A stretch of DNA of 64,000 bases, taken from the NCBI GenBank assembly GCA_028707125.1, contig JAQTUX010000001.1, positions 269,639 through 333,638 of the forward strand, read 5' to 3'. The position numbers and the translations under genes are program-made. The notes below the pieces were generated by a model, which ran no database searches, was not told the origin of the DNA, and worked only from the letters and a program-made list of their open reading frames with translations. Source of the DNA: Candidatus Omnitrophota bacterium (GTDB taxonomy: Bacteria > Omnitrophota > Gorgyraeia > Gygaellales > JAQTUX01). Shown here piece by piece: positions 1-7,709 of the stretch; within the stretch, counting starts at the first letter, position 1; each line of letters begins with the position of its first letter.

Positions 1-2
1 TA

Positions 3-3000
3 GAGCTGTTTACCGACGACCCGGGGCTTTCAGGCGCGATAGGCGGCGGCGCGGCTACGCAGGAAAGCAGCGGCATCTATCCTCCGGGCCAGGGCTGGAA
101 CACCAACGGCAGCCAGGCAACGGTTACGATGTACACCACAGGCACATACGCGTCAACCGCTCCCCAAAACCGTTCGTATAAGGTGCAGATAGATACGGCA
201 GGCAATACATTTTCCTGGTGGTATATGGACGATACCACCAACTGGACGAATACCGTCGGCGGCAGCGCAGTGGCAATGTCCACCAATTCCGCGGGCACTG
301 ACTTAAACGCCGGGGTCAAGGTGTATTTCAGCGCGGCATCAGGCACTGCCAACGACAGCTGGTATTTCTCCGCCTCAAACGGGACCGCCTATGGCGGGTA
401 TGATTCCTATGCCCAGACAGCCGCCTATACCGCGGGCGAAACAAGGATTTACAAGGACGGGGACCCGTTTTCTCCATATTACAACAAGATGGTATTCCAG
501 AGCGGGGCGACCAAGGTTACCCTTGACCAGCTGGCAGGCACTGTCGCCACCAACGCCACCATCTATAATCCCGCTATTGTCGGCGCCAACTCAGGCGGGC
601 TTACGATGTACAGTTCGGGAAGCTATACCGGTTCCGAGAGCCGCGCGTATCAGGTAAAGATCTCTTCGCAGGGTGTTGCCGGCACAAGCTCTGATAAGTT
701 CCAGTTTAAATACGGCGTCAATGACTGGGGCCCGGTAGGCGGCACAAGCATAACCGGCTCGCAGCAGTCCTTAGGCGACGGTATTTTTATCAGTTTTTCC
801 GAGAGCAACTACACTAACGACGGCACGATCACAGGCGGCAGCTCCTCAAATCCCGACCAGTGGAGCTTTAACGTTGTCGCCGGCTCAACCTCTACCAGCG
901 CCGGCGGCTGGACGGATTCTGGTACAGATGTGTACAGCTCCGCGGTAACCGACAATGTCGCCATTGGTACCACTGTTCCCGGCGGATACAAGTTGAATGT
1001 CAGCGGCACAGCCAACGCCACCACCTTGACAGAAGGCACAAACGCCGTGCCCAACGCAACCGACCACCTCGGCTTCTTTGCCGCAACCACCTCAGCGCAG
1101 CTTGCCGGAGTGCTATCGGATGAAACCGGCTCAGGTGGTGTCGCAGTATTCGCCACATCCCCTACAATCGCCACTCCCATTATTTCAACCTCTGCCACAG
1201 TTCCTCTGGTTATAGGCGGCAGCGCGACCACCAGCGATCTTTCCCTTCAGACCACTTCAGCCGCTGGTGAGGCAGGCGCGGATATGCATTTCCTCGTCGG
1301 CAATAACGGACAGACAGAGGCGATGACCATACTTAATTCCGGCTACGTGGGCATCGGCTCAACTGTCCCCACAGCAGCCCTGGACATAAACGGCAATATC
1401 CAGGTCTCTGGTACCATCACCGGCACCGTTGCCACAGCAGGCGGCTGGACAGACGCGGGCACATCTATGTATCCGACCAATGTGGACGATAACGTGGCCA
1501 TAGGCACAACAGACCCCGGCTCCTACGACTTGAATGTCGCGGGCACAGCCAATATGGGCACTCTATCCATAGGCGGCACTGCAGTCACAGCCAGCGCGAC
1601 AGAACTCAACTTCGTTGACGGGGTAACATCAGCCATTCAGACACAGCTTGATTCAAAGAGCGCGGCAAGCGACACACTTACTGGTTTAGTCCAGTCCACT
1701 GCCGCGGGCACAAGCTACATTACGGGCGGCTCTGTCGGCATCGGGACGACGAGTCCTCAATATTTGCTTGATGTAGACAAATCAGCCACAGGAAACTATA
1801 TTGCTCATATAAAGAATAGCGGGACTGCATCTTACGGGCTTTTTATAGAAGCCGGGACTGATACGGGTGATTATATTGTGAGCGTGGCAAGTAAGACAGG
1901 AAGTAACAAATTTGTAATAAGGGGTGACGGCAACGTCGGTATCGGCACGGTTGCACCAACCGCGCTATTGGACGTCAACGGCACTGCCAATGTTAACACG
2001 CTTTCAATAGGCGACACTACGATCACCCCCACGGCAGCAGAGCTCAACTTCGTAGACGGGGTAACATCAGCCATCCAGACACAGCTTGACGCAAAGGTGG
2101 GCACAAGCACCGCCTTCATAGGCGACGTCACCGGCGCCTACAACGCCACAGTTGTCGGCAACGACTCCCACGACCACACTGCCTCTACCATCTCCGGCCT
2201 GGGCGTCTCTGACTTCACTTCAGCCGCTATCTCCCAGTGGACCAATGACTCCAACTTCATCACCGCGGCAAGCACCATCACAGGGCTCATCCAGTCCACA
2301 GCCGCAGGCACCTCCTACATCACAGGCGGGAGCGTTGGGATAGGCACAGCAGTGCCGGGTGGTAAACTTGATATTTACGCTGACCAAAGCACCGAATACG
2401 CGTTGGTGGCGAGAAACACCGCCGACGCCAACCAGATTACGCATGCCTTTGACGCCAGCGCCGGCAATGCCCTTTTTAGATTGTGGGATGTTAATGGAGG
2501 TTTGAATGTTAATCTAGCTGCCAGTGGAAACAGCTATCTTAACGGCGGCAACGTCGGCATCGGGACGGCAGTGCCGGGTAGCGCATTAGAGGTCCAGGGA
2601 AATGTAACGCTTAACGACCGTTTGATTATGAGCGGTGATAGTATTGGCGCAACTGTTGATACAGCATACAACACGATTAAGGGCGCCATAGGGCCAACTA
2701 TAAACGGCCTAACATTAACCGGGGCATTAGTAGATTCTAACTTTTCAGACGATAATGCAAATATTACAAATGTGTATGGGTTAAAAATAGCAACTGCGGT
2801 TACGGGTCAGTATACTACAACTAATGCCTATGGATTATATGTAGACCAACCCACAGGTGCTACAAATAATTATGGCGCATATATAAACGGCAACCTCATT
2901 GTCTCCGGCACCATCACAGGAACAGTTGCCGCGGCCGGCGGCTGGACAGACGCGGGCACATCTCTCTACAACACCGAGCTGACTGACAAGGTAGGCATAG

Positions 3001-6000
3001 GCACTGCCACTCCTTCCCAGCTCCTGGACGTCAACGGCATTGCTAATGTGAACACGCTCTCCATAGGCGATACCACCGTTACATCCACTGCGGCAGAATT
3101 GAACATATTAGACGGCGTAACAGCCACCGCAACCGAGCTCAACTATGTTGACGGCGTAACATCAGCCATACAAACACAGCTGAACGCCAAGGTAGGTACA
3201 GCCACTTCATTCTCAGGAGACGTGACCGGCGCCTACAACGCCACAGTTGTCGGCAACGACTCCCACGACCACACCGCCTCAACCATCTCAGGGTTAGGCG
3301 TCTCTGACTTCACTTCAGCCGCCATCTCCCAGTGGACCAATGACTCCAACTTCATCACCGCTGCCTCTACCATCACTGGACTGATCCAGTCCACAGCCGC
3401 AGGCACAAGTTACATCACAGGCGGGGATGTAGGCATCGGGACTGCAGTGCCGGGAGAGAAACTTCATGTTTACAAAGAAAGTTTAACTGATAATAGTCAG
3501 GCAAAATTACTCAAGTTAGAAGGGAAGTTTAATGATGCTAGCATAGATAGCGATGATGTAATAGGAATTTCAGTAAAGGCGGTTAACTCTAGTGGGGGAT
3601 CCGGAGAGAATATGATTATTGGTGGCTCATGGGGAGGATCAGCGGTCAATACTTTATTAGCAGTAGATGGCGGCAACGTCGGCATCGGGACGACGGTGCC
3701 CGCGGCGAAATTGCATGTCTCGGCCCCGGCGGTTATTGCCGGCGGGTTTTATTCGGTCGCGGCAAATGACGCTGACGCGGATATCTGGGGTATTTCAACG
3801 ACCTATTATCCATCTCATGGAACAGCAGCCAACCAGTGGGGTATCAAGTGGCAGTCCACGCCGAACGCATTCTCTTTTGTGGGGAATGGCAGCGAGAAAT
3901 TAAACATCGATGTGGATACGGCAGGGCATATTTCGATGGTCGTGAACGGCGGCAACGTCGGCATCGGCTCAGCCGTGCCAGTTGCGAAACTTGATGTTGT
4001 CGGGACTGCCGAAGTGGACGGCCTCTCCATAGGCGGTACAGCAGTCACTCCCACCGCGGCTGAACTCAACTACGTTGACGGCGTAACCTCTGCCATACAG
4101 ACACAGCTTGACGCCAAGGTAGGCACAGCCACTTCGTTCTCAGGCGACGTGACCGGCGCCTACAACGCCACAGTTGTCGGCAACGACTCCCACGACCACA
4201 CTACCTCTACCATATCAGGGCTGGGTGTTGCTGACTTCTCCTCAGCCAACATCTCCCAGTGGACCAATGACTCCGGATATTTCAATACCAGTAACGACGG
4301 CGCAGGCAGCGGTTTGGACGCGGATATGGTGGATGGGTTGCATCCTACGCAATTCTTCAACGCCCACGGTCAGAATCACGGCACATATACGGACTTCAAT
4401 ACGCCTACAGATTTTGGATTTAGATACATTGTGGGTACCACAAACGGCCCTGGCATAGCCGGCGCAAGCCAATACTATAATCTTGGCATAGGGTTAGGTA
4501 ATGATTATGCCTATACAAGTTACGCTATGCAACTGGCGATTCCGAGAAACTTAAGCACTCCATATATATCTGTGAGATATAGAGAGAATGGAGCTTGGGG
4601 GTCGTGGTATAAGATTTATGCCGGATATGCTGATACCGCGGCCGCGCTTTCCAGCATGAACATCAGTCAGTTTACCAATAATTCCGGTTACTTTAATACT
4701 AGTAATGACGGCGCGGGAAGCGGCCTGGATGCTGACCTGCTGGACGGCCAAAGCAGCGCTTATTATATGACTGCCGCAACCGACAATTGGGTGAATACGA
4801 CCGGGGACACGATGAGCGGGAATCTGTATTTCAATAATTATGGGCTGGGAGTCATCGGCACCTATAGTGATATAAGATATCAGGGCGTATTTGCCATGGG
4901 CGATGCTTATAAGCTCGCTCTGGACGGTACGACATCAGGGACTTTATATGGCATTGCCTGGACCCATAGCAATATCGGAGGCCAATCCAAGGCGGGGTTA
5001 AGTCATCAGGCATTGTTTATGACAAATGGCGTGACTCAGACAGCAATAGGAACGGGTATATGGACGCTTGGCGGCTATACGCAAAGCGGGACAAGCACGA
5101 ATGCTTTTATGGGCAGCGTCGGCATCGGCACAGTGGCGCCGGGAGCGAAGCTGCATGTGACAAGCGCCAATACCGGAGCAGGGTTGTTGAGGTTGGATAA
5201 TACCGGTGGTTCAGCCGGGGATGTAAACGGGGTAGATTTTTATCATAATAACGGAACGTATTTACAGGCGTTTATACGCGATGAGATTCTGAGCAGCTGG
5301 CCCACGAAATTACATTTCGGCGTTGCCTCAACGAGCAACAACGCCGCGACAAAGATGACCATACAGGGGTCAAACGGCTACGTGGGCATCGGCACAGTGA
5401 GCCCGGCGGCGCATCTTCAGGTCGGCACAGGCACTCCCGGCTCTGCCACAGGCGCGGGCGACCTGTATGTGGCAAGCGACCTCGAGGTTGATTCCACCGC
5501 CTATCTTGACCTGGACGCGCGGGTAGGCCGCGACTTTATCGGCACAGCCGCCACTTCGTATATGTATATGACCGGCACGCTCACGGTTGACCTGGACAAC
5601 GACAACAATGGTACGGACAAGTTTTCTATAAGGGACGGCGGCAATACCGAGATATTCTACGTGAATGAAGATAACGGAGGCGGAGGCAATGTTGTGGCAA
5701 AGGGAGTCACCGAAGGCTCATACATAGGGTTATTCAAGGGCTTGGGTTCGCTTCCGGGCTACGGCTCCAGCCGTTATCCGACGCTGAAGACGGATTACTC
5801 CTACTTGTATTTCTCCGTTGCCGGCGCGTACTCCGCGTATATGGGCTCTAACGGCGTCCTGACCGCCCAATCCAGCCGCGAGAAGAAGGAGAACTTTAAG
5901 GAGCTTGACTTTGATAATGTCCTGGCAAAGATTGATAAAATGCCGGTTATGGAGTGGAACTACAAGAACGAAGAAGATTCCATAAAGCACATCGGCCCGT

Positions 6001-6179
6001 TTGCCGAGGATTTCCACGCGCTTTTCGGACTGAACGGCACCGATAATACAATGATCGGCCACAGCGACCCTCCGGGCGTTGCCCTCGCCGGCGTAAAAGG
6101 GCTGTATAGGAAGGTGAAGGAGCAGGAGAGGGTGATTGAAGAGCTGGAGACAAGGATAGCGGCGTTGGAGAAGAAGTAA
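3..6179 (+). CDS. Giant Thr/Gly/Ser-rich tail-fibre-like surface fibre protein, 5' end cut by the window edge
   Basis: The frame of the 129..6179 ORF stays open back to nt 3 (ELFTDDPGLSGAIGGGAATQESSGIYPPGQGWNTNGSQATVT then MYTTG). The module 'TMYxxGxY...R.Y.V.I' occurs at the first Met and again ~160 aa later, so the true start is probably upstream. Many copies of G(N/S)VGIGTxxPxxxLxV, ELN(F/Y)VDGVTSAIQTQL and GLDADxxDG motifs, as seen in phage tail-fibre-like proteins. I found no Cys in the 2016 aa shown. Confidence 0.85.
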   Translation, partial: ELFTDDPGLSGAIGGGAATQESSGIYPPGQGWNTNGSQATVTMYTTGTYASTAPQNRSYKVQIDTAGNTFSWWYMDDTTNWTNTVGGSAVAMSTNSAGTDLNAGVKVYFSAASGTANDSWYFSASNGTAYGGYDSYAQTAAYTAGETRIYKDGDPFSPYYNKMVFQSGATKVTLDQLAGTVATNATIYNPAIVGANSGGLTMYSSGSYTGSESRAYQVKISSQGVAGTSSDKFQFKYGVNDWGPVGGTSITGSQQSLGDGIFISFSESNYTNDGTITGGSSSNPDQWSFNVVAGSTSTSAGGWTDSGTDVYSSAVTDNVAIGTTVPGGYKLNVSGTANATTLTEGTNAVPNATDHLGFFAATTSAQLAGVLSDETGSGGVAVFATSPTIATPIISTSATVPLVIGGSATTSDLSLQTTSAAGEAGADMHFLVGNNGQTEAMTILNSGYVGIGSTVPTAALDINGNIQVSGTITGTVATAGGWTDAGTSMYPTNVDDNVAIGTTDPGSYDLNVAGTANMGTLSIGGTAVTASATELNFVDGVTSAIQTQLDSKSAASDTLTGLVQSTAAGTSYITGGSVGIGTTSPQYLLDVDKSATGNYIAHIKNSGTASYGLFIEAGTDTGDYIVSVASKTGSNKFVIRGDGNVGIGTVAPTALLDVNGTANVNTLSIGDTTITPTAAELNFVDGVTSAIQTQLDAKVGTSTAFIGDVTGAYNATVVGNDSHDHTASTISGLGVSDFTSAAISQWTNDSNFITAASTITGLIQSTAAGTSYITGGSVGIGTAVPGGKLDIYADQSTEYALVARNTADANQITHAFDASAGNALFRLWDVNGGLNVNLAASGNSYLNGGNVGIGTAVPGSALEVQGNVTLNDRLIMSGDSIGATVDTAYNTIKGAIGPTINGLTLTGALVDSNFSDDNANITNVYGLKIATAVTGQYTTTNAYGLYVDQPTGATNNYGAYINGNLIVSGTITGTVAAAGGWTDAGTSLYNTELTDKVGIGTATPSQLLDVNGIANVNTLSIGDTTVTSTAAELNILDGVTATATELNYVDGVTSAIQTQLNAKVGTATSFSGDVTGAYNATVVGNDSHDHTASTISGLGVSDFTSAAISQWTNDSNFITAASTITGLIQSTAAGTSYITGGDVGIGTAVPGEKLHVYKESLTDNSQAKLLKLEGKFNDASIDSDDVIGISVKAVNSSGGSGENMIIGGSWGGSAVNTLLAVDGGNVGIGTTVPAAKLHVSAPAVIAGGFYSVAANDADADIWGISTTYYPSHGTAANQWGIKWQSTPNAFSFVGNGSEKLNIDVDTAGHISMVVNGGNVGIGSAVPVAKLDVVGTAEVDGLSIGGTAVTPTAAELNYVDGVTSAIQTQLDAKVGTATSFSGDVTGAYNATVVGNDSHDHTTSTISGLGVADFSSANISQWTNDSGYFNTSNDGAGSGLDADMVDGLHPTQFFNAHGQNHGTYTDFNTPTDFGFRYIVGTTNGPGIAGASQYYNLGIGLGNDYAYTSYAMQLAIPRNLSTPYISVRYRENGAWGSWYKIYAGYADTAAALSSMNISQFTNNSGYFNTSNDGAGSGLDADLLDGQSSAYYMTAATDNWVNTTGDTMSGNLYFNNYGLGVIGTYSDIRYQGVFAMGDAYKLALDGTTSGTLYGIAWTHSNIGGQSKAGLSHQALFMTNGVTQTAIGTGIWTLGGYTQSGTSTNAFMGSVGIGTVAPGAKLHVTSANTGAGLLRLDNTGGSAGDVNGVDFYHNNGTYLQAFIRDEILSSWPTKLHFGVASTSNNAATKMTIQGSNGYVGIGTVSPAAHLQVGTGTPGSATGAGDLYVASDLEVDSTAYLDLDARVGRDFIGTAATSYMYMTGTLTVDLDNDNNGTDKFSIRDGGNTEIFYVNEDNGGGGNVVAKGVTEGSYIGLFKGLGSLPGYGSSRYPTLKTDYSYLYFSVAGAYSAYMGSNGVLTAQSSREKKENFKELDFDNVLAKIDKMPVMEWNYKNEEDSIKHIGPFAEDFHALFGLNGTDNTMIGHSDPPGVALAGVKGLYRKVKEQERVIEELETRIAALEKK
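2035..2345. repeat. Intragenic direct repeat copy A (~310 bp) in the fibre gene
   Basis: Encodes AAELNFVDGVTSAIQTQLDAKVGT..FIGDVTGAYNATVVGNDSHDHTASTISGLGVSDFTSAAISQWTNDSNFITAASTITGLIQSTAAGTSYITGG. The 48-nt run ccggcgcctacaacgccacagttgtcggcaacgactcccacgaccaca at 2131-2178 is identical in copies B and C. Confidence 0.9.
3135..3440. repeat. Intragenic direct repeat copy B
   Basis: Near-identical protein block (ELNYVDGVTSAIQTQLNAKVGTATSFSGDVTGAYNATVVGNDSHDHTAST...GLIQSTAAGTSYITGG). The identical 48-nt run lies at 3226-3273. Confidence 0.9.
4060..4270. repeat. Intragenic direct repeat copy C (shorter)
   Basis: ELNYVDGVTSAIQTQLDAKVGTATSFSGDVTGAYNATVVGNDSHDHTTSTISGLGVADFSSANISQWTNDS. The identical 48-nt run lies at 4153-4200. 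A more diverged partial copy is at ~1600-1740. Confidence 0.85.
5871..6176 (+). other. C-terminal intramolecular chaperone / autoproteolysis domain (peptidase S74, endosialidase-tailspike type)
   Basis: SSREKKENFKELDFDNVLAKIDKMPVMEWNYKNEEDSIKHIGPFAEDFHALFGL...GVALAGVKGLYRKVKEQERVIEELETRIAALEKK. It has the S-x-x-x-K-x-N start, the W.Y..E....H.G.IAQ-like core and a terminal coiled coil typical of this domain. Confidence 0.8.
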
Positions 6180-6187
6180 GACCAAAA

Positions 6188-6308
6188 GCGTATATCAGAT
6201 TATCAGTGTGTCAGTTAGAGTTTATCAGTTTATCAGAATATCAGAGAGAATGACCAATGTCCAATTTACCAATGACGAATGAAATCACAATGACTCAAAT
6301 CCCAAATA
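6188..6308. repeat. Left arm of a long imperfect inverted repeat built from TATCAG units
   Basis: Five TATCAG units (6193, 6201, 6223, 6231, 6239). 6188-6198 gcgtatatcag is the exact reverse complement of 6759-6769, and 6269-6283 ccaatgacgaatgaa is the exact reverse complement of 6677-6691. Confidence 0.8.
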
Positions 6309-6655
6309 GAAAGTATGATTTGCGGGAGAGAACTGCTAAATTTGGAGAAAACATAGTTAATTTCGCGAAGAGCATACCTGAAAATAGTGTGAATAGGCCA
6401 TTAATAAGTCAGCTAGTAAGGGCAGGTACGAGCGTAGGAGCTAATTATTGTGAAGCAGACGATGCCTCAACAAGGAAGGACTTCTTTTACAAAATTGGGA
6501 CCTGTAGGAGAGAATCAAAAGAGTCTAAGCATTGGCTTAGGATGATAACGACTGCTGTGCCTTCTTTGAAGGCTGAAGCCGAACTGTTCTTAAACGAGGC
6601 TCAAGAGTTAAATTTGATATTTTCCGCCATTATTAATAGGGCCGGAAAACGTTAA
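6257..6655 (+). CDS. Four-helix-bundle protein ('23S rRNA intervening-sequence protein' family); the true start may be the ATG at 6290
   Basis: YDLRERTAKFGENIVNFAKSIPENSVNRPLISQLVRAGTSVGANYCEADDASTRKDFFYKIGTCRRESKESKHWLRMI matches the family hallmarks (..QL.RA.TS.GAN..E......KDF..K......E..E...WL). The first 11 codons of the track ORF lie inside the left repeat arm. The region is visibly more AT-rich than its neighbours. Confidence 0.85.
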   Translation: MSNLPMTNEITMTQIPNRKYDLRERTAKFGENIVNFAKSIPENSVNRPLISQLVRAGTSVGANYCEADDASTRKDFFYKIGTCRRESKESKHWLRMITTAVPSLKAEAELFLNEAQELNLIFSAIINRAGKR

Positions 6656-6769
6656 TTGGGTATTGGGATTTGGACATTCATTCGTCATTGGGATTTGGTA
6701 ATTGTGGCTTAAGCTGATATACCGTTCTCTGATGTTCTCTAACTGATAAACTGATGTTCTGATATACGC
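6656..6769. repeat. Right arm of the inverted repeat (CTGATA units)
   Basis: ttcattcgtcattgg (6677-6691) and ctgatatacgc (6759-6769) pair perfectly with the left arm. The ~70-nt stretches between them are collinear and partly complementary (attgggattt / aaatcccaaat, ctaactga, ctgataaactga). Confidence 0.8.
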
Positions 6770-6846
6770 AGTTAACCCTGATAACCTTTACTTATCCGTA
6801 ACCATAACCGATAAACGTAACCCAATACCCGTTCCCTCCCTAGATT

Positions 6847-6874
6847 TTCATTGTAAAAGCCGCGAAAATATGAT
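6847..6874 (+). promoter_or_regulatory. Candidate sigma70-like promoter for the long operon
   Basis: TTCATT (6847-6852), 16 nt spacer, TATGAT (6869-6874), followed by TATAAA; ~60 nt upstream of the first operon gene. The promoter consensus of this organism is unknown. Confidence 0.25.
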
Positions 6875-6932
6875 ATAAAATCAGTTATACACCGAGTCCC
6901 GAGCCCTCCCAGCAGGAGACAATTAATACAAG

Positions 6933-7709
6933 ATGTCCGGTTATTTTCTGAGGCTAATCAAGGCGCGGCATATTCTGCGAAGCATGGTCCTGAAGAACTT
7001 GAAGGACAAATATGTCGGCTCAACACTGGGTATCTTCTGGGCGGTGATAAACCCCCTGTTGATCATGTCGGCCGTATCCTTTGTTTTCACTCAGGTGATG
7101 CAAACCCCGATACGGCGCTACCCGCTGCTGGTATTAAGCGCCTACCTTCCCTGGAATTTCTTCGTTAACTCCGCCACTGAAAGCGCCGCCTGCATAAGGC
7201 AGAATCAAGGCATACTCTCTCAATACACCATCCCCCGCGAGGCCATACCCGTATCAGTCGCGCTCGCCGATTTCCTGAACTTTTTATTCGGATTCGCGGC
7301 GATGCTGCCGATATTCATCTTCATGAACAGGGGGGCCGCGGGATGCCTGTGGCTGCTGCCTTTGGTAATGGCCCTGCATCTGGCATTCACCGTCGGGATC
7401 TCCTTATTGTTCAGCATCATCAATATATATTTCAGGGATTTTTCCCAGCTCCTGGGAGTGGGAATGCTGTTCTGGTTCTGGGTCACGCCGGTCTTCTACA
7501 CCCTGGAGATGATGCCTGCCGGCCTTCGCGGGGCATTCCTGGCCAACCCCGCCACATGCTATACGGTTATTTACAGGGAATTATTATATAACGGCCGCTG
7601 CGGCGGCATATCCATGTGGGTATTGGCCGTTATCTTCGCTTTGGCGAGTTTGGCGGGTGGATACATCTTATTTGCCGCCAAAGAAAAGGATATCCTCAAG
7701 CATATTTAG
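6933..7709 (+). CDS. wzm: ABC-2 type polysaccharide/polyol-phosphate export permease (Wzm/TagG-like)
   Basis: 258 aa with ~6 hydrophobic segments. The N-terminal LKNLKDKYVGSTLGIFWAVINPLL motif is typical of ABC-2 permeases. It sits immediately upstream of the cognate ATPase. Confidence 0.85.
   Translation: MSGYFLRLIKARHILRSMVLKNLKDKYVGSTLGIFWAVINPLLIMSAVSFVFTQVMQTPIRRYPLLVLSAYLPWNFFVNSATESAACIRQNQGILSQYTIPREAIPVSVALADFLNFLFGFAAMLPIFIFMNRGAAGCLWLLPLVMALHLAFTVGISLLFSIINIYFRDFSQLLGVGMLFWFWVTPVFYTLEMMPAGLRGAFLANPATCYTVIYRELLYNGRCGGISMWVLAVIFALASLAGGYILFAAKEKDILKHI

Noticed and set aside
3-6179. Prophage or tailocin interpretation of the tail-fibre-like gene
   Set aside because: No other phage-type genes (baseplate, sheath, terminase, integrase, lysis) appear in the following 58 kb. 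The upstream side is not visible, so this cannot be fully excluded.
6188-6250. The TATCAG short repeats as a CRISPR array or minisatellite
   Set aside because: The units are only 6 nt with irregular 2-16-nt spacing, there are no spacer-sized unique segments and no cas genes. They are better explained as building blocks of the inverted-repeat arms.
6180-6932. Presence of a 23S rRNA gene or fragment around the IVS-protein-family gene
   Set aside because: The flanks are a protein-coding gene end and an AT-rich intergenic region. I recognise no conserved 23S helices. No rRNA or tRNA genes were recognised anywhere in the window.
6656-6932. Cobalamin or SAM riboswitch in the operon leader, expected given the many B12/SAM enzymes
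   Set aside because: I could not find a B12-box-like element or SAM-I/II conserved cores in the leader. The region is dominated by the repeat arm and TAACC hexamers. This is by-eye inspection only, so a covariance-model scan (Rfam RF00174, RF00162) would be decisive.
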